From Gammaproteobacteria bacterium (GTDB lineage Bacteria > Pseudomonadota > Gammaproteobacteria > JBBQDK01), in the NCBI GenBank assembly GCA_041492115.1, contig JBGPWJ010000001.1, positions 1 to 49,005 on the forward strand: 49,005 nt of DNA. The letters are read 5' to 3'. Below, piece by piece: positions 34,732 through 42,896 of this stretch. Under the pieces are notes generated by a model. The model had not been told where the DNA came from. It ran no database searches and saw nothing but the letters and a program-made list of their open reading frames with translations. A program made the translations under genes and the position numbers. The first letter of the stretch is position 1, and the number at the start of each line of letters is the position of its first letter.

Positions 34732-36816
34732 ATGAACCGAAATACGACGATGAAGACTGCCAATGGTCTGGCCCTGATCGTGCTCGCGACGCTTGCCTTG
34801 TGCCTGCCGGCACCGGCCAGAGCGGATGACCAGACCGCGGCCGCGCCGGGCACTTCCAAGTGGAAATGCAAGTTCTGCCTGTTCGAGGAAGGACGCAGCG
34901 GCCTACTGGATCTCGGTGTCGGCTCTGTCTCAAACAATTCTTTCAAATTCGACGAATACGCCGGTTTCAATCAACTGGGCCACTTCCTGGTCGGTAACGC
35001 GACCGGTCGTTATCGCGGTAAAGACGCGGCCTATCTGGATCTTTCCGTGACCGACCTTGGGCTGGATTCACGCATCCTGGGCATCGAAGGCGGCAAGCAG
35101 GGCAGATACAAACTGTTTCTGAAATACGCTGAGCTGCCGCATAACATCTCCGACACGGCGCAGACGCCTTTCAGTGGCGCAGGCAGTTCTACCTTGACCT
35201 ATACCGGCGTGCTGCAAGGCGTGGATCTCGACACGCAACGCAAGCGCATTGACCTGGGCGGGTCACTGATTCCTGTTACGCACTGGGAGTATGCCGTCAA
35301 GTTTCGACACGAGACCAAGGATGGCCAGCGCGGTATGGCCGGCACTTTCTTCTTCAGCGCGGCGCAACTGATCCAGCCGGTGGATTACGTCACCGATGAG
35401 GTCGATGTCTCCGCGGCGTACAGCGCCTCGAAATGGCAGGCCAAGTTGGCGTACTACGGCTCGACATTCAAAAACAGCGACGCGTCTCTGACTTGGCAGA
35501 ATCCCTATCTTCCGCCGGACACGCTCCCTGACAAAGGACAGCTCGCGCTGCCGCCCAGCAATCAGTTTCACCAGATCGTGCTCTCGTCCGGCTATCAGTT
35601 CACCGACCGGACCCGTGCCATGGGCGAAGTCGCCATCGGCCGCATGACGCAGGACGAGGCATTTCTTCCCGTCACGACCAATACCAATCTCCCGGCTATC
35701 ACCTTGCCGCGCGCCTCATTGAATGGTCAGGTCGACACCGTAAACGCCAACTTCAAGGTCGTCTCAGCCCCCATCGATAAACTCCGGCTCAATGCGGCTT
35801 ACACCTACAGTGACAGAAACAACAAGACGCCGCAGTCGGCGTACGAGTGGGTGACGACCGATATCTTCCCGCGCCCGGCACGCACCAATCAGCCGTACAG
35901 CTTCACGCGCAACCTGCTCAATCTGAGCGCGGATTACCGTCTCCCGAAGTATGCGAAGCTCGGCGCCGGTTATGACTATGACACCTACAAACGGAATCTG
36001 CAGGATTTCAACAAGACCACAGAGAACACCCTTTGGGGGAAAGTCAGCACTACCGTTGGCGAGAATGTGGATATGATGCTCAAGGCCGCCCACGCTTCAC
36101 GCAATGTCTCGGACTACCAACCCAATCCCGAGATCGATCCTGCGCAGAATCCGCTGATGCGCAAATACAATATGGCGGACCGCGACCGTAACACGGTGGG
36201 CTTTCATGCCGGCATCACACCGCTGCAGCGGCTCAACATCGGCGTTGGCGTCGATTATGCCTGGGATAACTATTCGAAGTCGCTGGTCGGGTTGTTGGAC
36301 GGCGTACAAAGTGATCTGAGCGGTGATGCATCACTGATACTGACAGAAAAAACCAGCCTGACGCTCTTTGCCAATCATGAGATGATCAAGTCGAGCCAGG
36401 GCGGTAGCCAGGCCGTCCTCACCATACAGGATTGGTCTGCACGGAACCGCGACACGACCGATACCGCCGGTCTCGGCGTCAAGTACCGCGCCAACGCGAA
36501 ACTGGATATCGGCGCCGATTATTCCGCCTCGCGCTCCACCGGGCGGATCTCAGTCAGAGACTTTTCCCTGGCTCAGGCTGACCAGCCATTCCCCGATCTC
36601 ACCACGAAACTCGACACCGTGAAGATCTACGGCACCTATCGTCTGAAACCGGCGGTAGCTTTGCACGCGGCCTATTGGTATGAACGCTACAACAGCACTG
36701 ACTGGACCCTCGATGGCATTACACCCTTCACTATTCCCAATGTCATCACCCTGGGCCAGCTCAGCCCTTCGTATCACGTCAACGTGGTGACCCTGTCGGT
36801 GCGGTATAGCTTCTGA
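34732..36816 (+). CDS. mtrB: MtrB/PioB-family decaheme-associated outer-membrane beta-barrel
   Basis: The protein has a signal peptide and an N-terminal CXXC (KWKCKFCLFEE). A beta-barrel of about 650 aa ends in VVTLSVRYSF. The gene lies immediately downstream of mtrA. Confidence 0.9.
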   Translation: MNRNTTMKTANGLALIVLATLALCLPAPARADDQTAAAPGTSKWKCKFCLFEEGRSGLLDLGVGSVSNNSFKFDEYAGFNQLGHFLVGNATGRYRGKDAAYLDLSVTDLGLDSRILGIEGGKQGRYKLFLKYAELPHNISDTAQTPFSGAGSSTLTYTGVLQGVDLDTQRKRIDLGGSLIPVTHWEYAVKFRHETKDGQRGMAGTFFFSAAQLIQPVDYVTDEVDVSAAYSASKWQAKLAYYGSTFKNSDASLTWQNPYLPPDTLPDKGQLALPPSNQFHQIVLSSGYQFTDRTRAMGEVAIGRMTQDEAFLPVTTNTNLPAITLPRASLNGQVDTVNANFKVVSAPIDKLRLNAAYTYSDRNNKTPQSAYEWVTTDIFPRPARTNQPYSFTRNLLNLSADYRLPKYAKLGAGYDYDTYKRNLQDFNKTTENTLWGKVSTTVGENVDMMLKAAHASRNVSDYQPNPEIDPAQNPLMRKYNMADRDRNTVGFHAGITPLQRLNIGVGVDYAWDNYSKSLVGLLDGVQSDLSGDASLILTEKTSLTLFANHEMIKSSQGGSQAVLTIQDWSARNRDTTDTAGLGVKYRANAKLDIGADYSASRSTGRISVRDFSLAQADQPFPDLTTKLDTVKIYGTYRLKPAVALHAAYWYERYNSTDWTLDGITPFTIPNVITLGQLSPSYHVNVVTLSVRYSF

Positions 36817-36917
36817 TCTGTTGCCCGAAGCAATTGGCGGCGGGCAATGTAAGAGGTGGGTTATGTAGGGGCGAGTTTGAAGCCTGCTCGCCTCCACGCA
36901 GCAGGTTCAGTTACAAC

Positions 36918-37736
36918 TTATATTTCCTGCAACGAATAACTGTAGCGAGAATCGGTGAGCGGATCAGCGGCTGCATCTTCGTTGTGCGTTTGCCGGGGCC
37001 GCGCCGCGCCACCGACGCCGTTCGGGGGCGCGAGGTGCAGAGGACTGCCGGCCAGCATCTGCAACTGGTTGCGATCGCGGATATGGATGCCGCCGCGCGG
37101 TGCGTCGATGATGCCGTCACGCTGCAATCTGGCCATGATACGGCTGACCGTTTCCACGGTGAGCCCCAGCACCTCCGCTATTTCACTCCGCGACAGGTGC
37201 AGTGGCAGGAGCTCCTCCAGCATATCATCGGTTCTTTTTGGCGCGAGACTCAACAGAAAGGAGGCAAGTTTCTCGATGGAACTTTTCTGTCCCAGCACGC
37301 GTATCAGACTGCGTGCCTGAACCAGTTGTTCATTCATCGCCTGCAACACGTTCAGCGATACTTTTGGATTTTCAGCCAGAACCTGCATCATGTCTCGATG
37401 CTTGATTCTGCACACCACGGTCGGCGTGAGACATTCCGCCGTATAGCTGTGGACAGCATCGCCGATGTTGTCGAAGCCCAGCAGGTAACCGGCGCCGACC
37501 AGCCCGATGATATGCTCGTTGCCATCGATACCCGATGTGGTCAGTTTGATCTGACCACTGCGGATCATGAACAGATACTGTGACGGTTCGCTGGAACGAA
37601 ACAGCACATCATGCGCGTCGCTGACGTGCCGACTGAGCATGCCGCGGATCTCACACACCTGCCCTTCGGTAAGGCCCGCGTAGAGTTTCGCCTCGCAGAA
37701 CAGGCACTCTTCGTTATGGCATGAACAGACACTCAT
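36918..37736 (-). CDS. CRP/FNR-family transcriptional regulator with N-terminal Cys cluster (CxC-x4-CxxC)
   Basis: The N-terminus is MSVCSCHNEECLFCEAKLY. It is followed by a cNMP-like beta-roll and an HTH with the E--SR motif (LTVETVSRIM). Confidence 0.85.
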   Translation of the reverse strand: MSVCSCHNEECLFCEAKLYAGLTEGQVCEIRGMLSRHVSDAHDVLFRSSEPSQYLFMIRSGQIKLTTSGIDGNEHIIGLVGAGYLLGFDNIGDAVHSYTAECLTPTVVCRIKHRDMMQVLAENPKVSLNVLQAMNEQLVQARSLIRVLGQKSSIEKLASFLLSLAPKRTDDMLEELLPLHLSRSEIAEVLGLTVETVSRIMARLQRDGIIDAPRGGIHIRDRNQLQMLAGSPLHLAPPNGVGGAARPRQTHNEDAAADPLTDSRYSYSLQEI

Positions 37737-37838
37737 TTTCTTCTCTCCCGGACGGTTGACCTTGCGTGCGGCTATGCCGACGCACTGCCGTACCTCCGTT
37801 CCTATGAGTTCACTGTACAGAGACGAGCTAACGATTTA

Positions 37839-37852
37839 TTGACGATTGTCAA
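37839..37852. promoter_or_regulatory. Perfect palindrome TTGAC-GATT-GTCAA (FNR/FixK-type TTGA-N6-TCAA box)
   Basis: The site lies about 100 bp upstream of the CRP/FNR gene start at 37736. Confidence 0.5.
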
Positions 37853-38900
37853 TTGAAGTGTAAATGCGGCAATCCTCCGCAAGATCACTTTCAGAGTATC
37901 TTGTGCGCAATTATTTCAGCGTGACTTATGCCGGATTGGACTGGCTCCAGACATCGCTGCATGCAACAGGCGGAATATGCGCATCTTTCCTGCGCTGCGG
38001 ATAAGGAACCTGCGCGCCGGTTATGGGCGTCATACCCAACACTGGCAGCACCGCTAGCCGTGAAAAATTCGGCGCGATTGATAAATCCCAATGCAATGAA
38101 TTCCCCCAATGCCTAACGTGTGACCTAGGAGAATACAGGCGCAGCGGTAGTTCCCGTCATTTCGCAACGGCTAAACCTGCCATCCCCATCAGTGGCAGTT
38201 GGATGACCAAGCCTGGGCGGGGTGCCCTGTGGCGCTGTCACTCCCCGTTTCGGCAAGACAGATAACGCCGGGAGGTCACAGTCATGTACACCACGACGCA
38301 GTTACTTTTATTGCTGTTTGCATTGACGGGGGCTGGTGGTCCCGCGCCGTCGTATGGTCAGAGTCGGAATGAGGTCGCGTCGACCGCTGCTGTGAATGTT
38401 CTTGCCACGGTCAACGGCACGCCAATCGCTTCACCCAACGTAGAGTTCGCAGCGCATAAGTCGCGCGCGAAGACCATCCAGGTTCTGCGGGACAGGTCCC
38501 ACATTTTGTATACGAAGCATGTCCAAAGACAGACGACGATTTCACGTTTGGATCAATAGGCGGGCAAGCGGGGCGTAAGTATTGAATGCGTAGTCAATGA
38601 GCCCGTGGGCCAGCCGTGCAACCTTCCGGCAAATCATCGATCTGGCCGGTGGATTGAAACGCTTGCGGAACCGTGAGAAAGGCAGCATCGATGGCGTCGC
38701 GACGGCAACCTTGACCGAGGTGTTGCAGACAATCGATGCGATGATCCGGCATGCCGACGAACCGCTGTCGACAAGCTAAGCTTCATACGAGGGCAATGGA
38801 TCGTCGAACAAGTACAGGCAATTGGATGCACAAAGGGCAGAGCGCAGCTATCCCGCTGAGATTTGCCTACTTTCCAGCTAACTTTAACAAGGAGATGGCC

Positions 38901-39290
38901 ATGAACAACCATTCTTACAGCCTCCCGCATACTGTCAATACTCTAATACTCCTGTTCAGCCTACTGGTCAGTATGGGCGCGCTGGCGCAGGACGATACCT
39001 ACACTGCGGTGGAATACCGGGCGGGGATGCCGCTCACGCCGGCAGCAACGGCACTGCAGACCCCATCCAATAATGACTGCTACAGGGGTGACCGGAACAC
39101 ACGGCTCATGCTGAGGATCAAAGATCTTTCATCCCTCTGGCATTACGCAGCCCGCATTCTCATGCCCTCAGCTGGCGCCAGCGCGGTGCCACGCAATGAT
39201 ATGGACGCGCGCAAAACCGAGAAGGGGCTGGTCTGGCGGGTCGGCACTGAAAATGGCGGAGTGGTTGTGTCAGCGAACCTGGCCTGGTAA
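38901..39290 (+). CDS. Hypothetical secreted protein (129 aa)
   Basis: An RBS (AAGGAG) lies 6 nt before the ATG at 38901. The signal-like N-terminus is TLILLFSLLVSMGALAQD. I recognised no other motif. Confidence 0.4.
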   Translation: MNNHSYSLPHTVNTLILLFSLLVSMGALAQDDTYTAVEYRAGMPLTPAATALQTPSNNDCYRGDRNTRLMLRIKDLSSLWHYAARILMPSAGASAVPRNDMDARKTEKGLVWRVGTENGGVVVSANLAW

Positions 39291-39414
39291 CCGTTGCATA
39301 TCCTATCGGCAACCCAGCCACCGCTGGTCGGGTAAGTGTGGAAGATATCGATGTAGAGTGGGTTAGCGGCGCGGCCGCGTAACCCACCCTGCATTGTTTC
39401 AATTACAGCCGCCG

Positions 39415-40224
39415 CTACGGATACATCGACTTGATCATTTTGATGTCGGTCGCGGATGCGGTGTTGTTGGTGTTGGTCGGTCCCAGGCCGTCGGCGAACA
39501 GTGCGCCATCGAATGCATAGAGCATGATCGACTTGGGGTCGAACCGTGTCGCGCTGATGCCGGTCGGGGAATATTTCTGCAGTACGTTGGATTTTATGTC
39601 GGCGGGCGACCAATAGTTCGGCGGTCCCTGGAAATATTTCATGACCGCGGCGGTATCCCATTTGCGGGTGAACTTCGGTTGCTGATGTTCATGAATACAG
39701 CCGAGCGCGTGGCCGAATTCGTGCAGCACGACACGGGAATATTCAGCGTCGTCGGTTTTGTCGCGCAGCCAGCCGTAGTTCATGGTCGGTTGGTGCAGGG
39801 GGAAGTAGCTGTGGTTCAGCGCATCCCTGCCGACGGCCGACCAGGACCCGTCGTCGGCATAGAAAGAGATGCGGATCTCGGCCGGGCCGGTGGCGACGAA
39901 CTTGAACCTGATGTCGCAGTACTGTTCCCAGCGGTGGGCGACGGCCTCGACCTTTTTGCGCATCTTCGCGCTGCCGTCGAGAAAGCGACAGCGCAGGGTG
40001 GTGCCGGGCTGCCATTTTTTGGAATTGATCACCGCCATGCGGGCGATATGCGCCAGGTCTTCGGCATTCAGTTTCTTGCCGCTGCCGGCCGCCATGTGGT
40101 CGCGCAGTGTCCGTCGAATCGAGCGTTCTGGGTCAAGCTCGTCGGGAATGATGCGCTCGAAACAGATCTTTACTTTTTGATCGGTGTCAGACGGGGTTGC
40201 TGCCGAGGTGGATTTCTTTGCCAT
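39415..40224 (-). CDS. Astacin-like metzincin zinc peptidase, no signal peptide seen
   Basis: The extended zinc motif is HEFGHALGCIHEHQ (HExxHxxGxxHE), and a Met-turn candidate is SIMLY. The N-terminus MAKKSTSAATPSDTDQKV is hydrophilic. Confidence 0.8.
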   Translation of the reverse strand: MAKKSTSAATPSDTDQKVKICFERIIPDELDPERSIRRTLRDHMAAGSGKKLNAEDLAHIARMAVINSKKWQPGTTLRCRFLDGSAKMRKKVEAVAHRWEQYCDIRFKFVATGPAEIRISFYADDGSWSAVGRDALNHSYFPLHQPTMNYGWLRDKTDDAEYSRVVLHEFGHALGCIHEHQQPKFTRKWDTAAVMKYFQGPPNYWSPADIKSNVLQKYSPTGISATRFDPKSIMLYAFDGALFADGLGPTNTNNTASATDIKMIKSMYP

Positions 40225-40268
40225 GTCGAATCTCCTTGTCTACGAGGTTGGGAAACCGCAGAAAAAAT

Positions 40269-40290
40269 CCTCTCTCTCCGGGAGAGGGGT
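40269..40290. repeat. REP-like hairpin, copy 5
   Basis: The sequence is cctctctctccgggagaggggt, just upstream of the metzincin start. Confidence 0.5.
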
Positions 40291-40542
40291 CGTGCGCTAT
40301 GCCGTCACGTCGGAAAGGCTGAGTTTGGAATTCGCGACGTCGAGCGCAGTGCTTCCTTGTTGTGTGCGCAGGAGTGACGTGTGTTGAAGAGAGATCAAGC
40401 GTACCGCTTCTTCCATGATCATCGCCGCCCGGTGCTGTGGGACAGCGTCAGGCCTGCTTCTGCCTGCTGCACCTTGATCAAGAGCTGAATCATGTCGCTG
40501 TGCAGTGGCAAAATCAAGCGCGGGCATGTGACACGGCGAAGT

Positions 40543-41049
40543 CTAGCGCTTGTCCATGCCCCGCCCACCGGCGCTGCCTGCGTCTTGAGGACGACGCCGG
40601 TCATCGCCATTCCAGTCCCGGTGTAGCGGCCAGAACTTTTCCATGGCGAGATAGGTATAGGAGGCCGACCAGGTGATCATCAGCAGGCCGGTCAGCGTTT
40701 CCACGCCGGCGATCAGCCGCAGATCGCCGACCGGATAGACATCGCCGAAGCCCAACGAGGTATAGGTCACGGTGGAGAAATACAGATAATCCTTGAAGGC
40801 CGCGCCGAACAGGCCGCCGAAGCCGCCCAGGTTAAGATGATTGGCGAGCACGTAAAAAGCCACGGCGTGCAGCCAGACCTCCAGGGTGTGAGCGGTGAAC
40901 ATGCCGGTGATCACGACCAGCATACGCAGCCGCGGCGCGATGTGGATGTGCGGCAGCAGCCGGTCGGTGACACGCAACGATTCGTAATGAATCATGACCG
41001 ACAGAAACACCAGCAGCGTGCTGATGACCATTGCGATGAGCATATTCAT
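40543..41049 (-). CDS. Two-TM potassium-channel-family protein (Ion_trans_2-like)
   Basis: The pore signature is TVTYTSLGFGDVYP, flanked by TM helices. Confidence 0.8.
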   Translation of the reverse strand: MNMLIAMVISTLLVFLSVMIHYESLRVTDRLLPHIHIAPRLRMLVVITGMFTAHTLEVWLHAVAFYVLANHLNLGGFGGLFGAAFKDYLYFSTVTYTSLGFGDVYPVGDLRLIAGVETLTGLLMITWSASYTYLAMEKFWPLHRDWNGDDRRRPQDAGSAGGRGMDKR

Positions 41050-41317
41050 GCAAGCTGTCCTCGTGTGCTGTTACAGTCGGCGCAGTATACGTAATTTGCC
41101 CGGCGCGCAGGAGTCTGTGCATATTCAGGCATCCTCCACCCGCGAACCAGGCATCTCCAACGCCGCTGAATGATCACGACCCCGTTCGAGAGTAAGATAG
41201 GGCGGGAGAGGCTGACATGTCCACGATGCCCGGAGCGCGTCCCACCAACGCTGTCACGGTCAGTGCCCGGAACTACCCGGTGTTTCAAAGCAACCACAAA
41301 CGAAAGGAGACCGCACC

Positions 41318-41821
41318 ATGAAAACAATCCACATGCTGTTGCTCGCTTTAACCGTCATCGCCTGCCTGCCCGCGCCGTCGTTCGCCGACGACCCCAGTAT
41401 CCAAGGCACTTACCAACTCGAAAGCCGCGACCTGCCCGGCGGTAAAAAGCAGATGCCGCCCGCCGTCACCGGCCTGGTCACCTACACCAAGGATTACCGC
41501 AACTTCAACGTCAGCTGGATGAACCCCGACGGCAAACGCACCTCCATCGCCTACACTGCGAAATACCGCCTCACCGCGGCCGTCTACCAGGAAACCCCGA
41601 TCTACTGGATGACCAACAACTTGGGCGGCGAAGGCGTGAGCTATAAAATGCCCGCCAACAAGGGCGCCGAAAACGCGGTCACTGTCAAAGACGGCACGAT
41701 CACATTTCCAATCGCCGGCGAACCACCGGTACTGGAGTTCACGGCAGGCGGCATGACCGCGACCGCGAAGGGTCTGCTGGGAATGATGATCTTTGTGGAT
41801 CATTGGAAGAAGGTGGAGTGA
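41318..41821 (+). CDS. Secreted lipocalin-like domain protein (hypothetical)
   Basis: The signal peptide is MKTIHMLLLALTVIACLPAPSFA. The GTYQLES...G...GLVTYT pattern is typical of small beta-barrel lipocalin-like proteins. Confidence 0.7.
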   Translation: MKTIHMLLLALTVIACLPAPSFADDPSIQGTYQLESRDLPGGKKQMPPAVTGLVTYTKDYRNFNVSWMNPDGKRTSIAYTAKYRLTAAVYQETPIYWMTNNLGGEGVSYKMPANKGAENAVTVKDGTITFPIAGEPPVLEFTAGGMTATAKGLLGMMIFVDHWKKVE

Positions 41822-41890
41822 GCCGCGGCGTCCCCCTTCCGTGTTCGCAGTGAGACAGAATGCGGGATTGGCAGTCGCCCAACAGCCGTC

Positions 41891-42724
41891 ATGGCGGACG
41901 AGGGAATGATGGGCCCGCTGTTAACTCTGAAAGTGCATGAAACATTGCGCGCGGCGGCGCGCGCCGGTGCGGCCACTGTTGAGTGTTCGTTGGATCTGGA
42001 TCGTTCGACGACGCTGGTCGATGTGAGCGAAGCTGGATGGATCTTTCAAGGTCAGCAATTCCCTTATCTGGAAACCTGTAAGGATAGGACCATTTACCAC
42101 TGGATTGACGAGACCTTCCAGCCGGTGGCGCGTTTCACGACGTCGCTGATCAAGTTGGTGCCGACGGAGTGGGGGCCGCCGACTTTTGAAATCGATGGCA
42201 TCAAGATGTTACCCACGGCGCAAGTCTCGCCCTATGCGGATGCCGAACGCAAAGTCGGCTTGATACAACCGCGCGGCAAGGTGATTTTGGATACCTGCGG
42301 CGGTCTTGGCTATTTTGCGGCGTGGTGTTTGCAGGGTCAGGCTAGGCAGGTGCTTTCTTACGAGAAGAACCCTGACGTGATTTGGCTGCGCAGCCTCAAT
42401 CCCTGGTCGCCTGAGATTGGCAGTGGCTTGACGTTAACCGAGGGCGACATTGCCGAGCAGATTGCTGTGCTGCCCAGCGCGTCGGTCGACGCCATTTTGC
42501 ACGACCCACCGCGTTTCGGTATCGCCGGCGAACTTTACTCGCAAGTCTTTTATGACCACCTGGCCAGGGTGCTCAAGCGCAAAGGCAAGCTGTTTCATTA
42601 CACCGGCACACCGAACAAACTCACCAGCGGACGCGATGTGCCAAACGAAGTGTCGAAACGTTTGCGGCACGCCGGGTTTATCGCGGAGTTGAATGGTGAT
42701 GGTGTGTTGGCGGTAAAGAAGTAA
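41891..42724 (+). CDS. Class I SAM-dependent methyltransferase
   Basis: The SAM motif I is VILDTCGGLGYFAAW and the catalytic-type motif is ILHDPPRF. Confidence 0.8.
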   Translation: MADEGMMGPLLTLKVHETLRAAARAGAATVECSLDLDRSTTLVDVSEAGWIFQGQQFPYLETCKDRTIYHWIDETFQPVARFTTSLIKLVPTEWGPPTFEIDGIKMLPTAQVSPYADAERKVGLIQPRGKVILDTCGGLGYFAAWCLQGQARQVLSYEKNPDVIWLRSLNPWSPEIGSGLTLTEGDIAEQIAVLPSASVDAILHDPPRFGIAGELYSQVFYDHLARVLKRKGKLFHYTGTPNKLTSGRDVPNEVSKRLRHAGFIAELNGDGVLAVKK

Positions 42725-42896
42725 CGCTTCCACAAAAAAGATCAAGGGGGTGACTCCATGATTCCTTTTCTGGATGCTGCGAAAGGCTGCCCCTGACCGT
42801 GAGTAGCCGTTCGCTCCAAATTCGCTTGCGGTGCTTCAGTCGCTGCGCTGCATCCGCGCTGCATCAATAAGACTTCCTGTCCATATTCTGTCTGTC

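Noticed and set aside
36817-36917. Hairpins between the convergent mtrB and CRP/FNR genes (TTGCCCG-N13-CGGGCAA; GGCGAG-N11-CTCGCC) as bidirectional terminators.
   Set aside because: The stems are short with large loops and have no adjacent T-runs on either strand, so there is insufficient evidence for an intrinsic terminator.
36918-37736. CSCH near the N-terminus of the CRP/FNR regulator as a possible heme-binding motif.
   Set aside because: It is CxCH, not CxxCH. The protein is cytoplasmic with no signal peptide. The Cys residues fit better as a regulatory metal or cluster site.
38078-38091. TTGAT-AAAT-CCCAA as another FNR box.
   Set aside because: Only the left half-site matches, and no convincing gene lies downstream.
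38128-38262. Fragments reminiscent of a cobalamin riboswitch (GCGCAGCGGTAG, CGCAACGG, AACCTGCC; GCCACTG on the opposite strand).
   Set aside because: The conserved blocks are in the wrong order and orientation, there is no GGGAA/GGTG 5' core, and the downstream ORF has no link to B12. This is most likely chance similarity. A cmsearch with RF00174 would settle it.
38284-38779. Two short plus-strand ORFs (38284..38559 and 38597..38779). The first has a signal-like N-terminus and an ATVNGTPI motif reminiscent of SurA/PpiC-type chaperone N-termini.
   Set aside because: There is no RBS, the length is far short of any PPIase, and the C-terminal half is unrecognisable. At best this is a gene remnant, so I did not call it as a feature.
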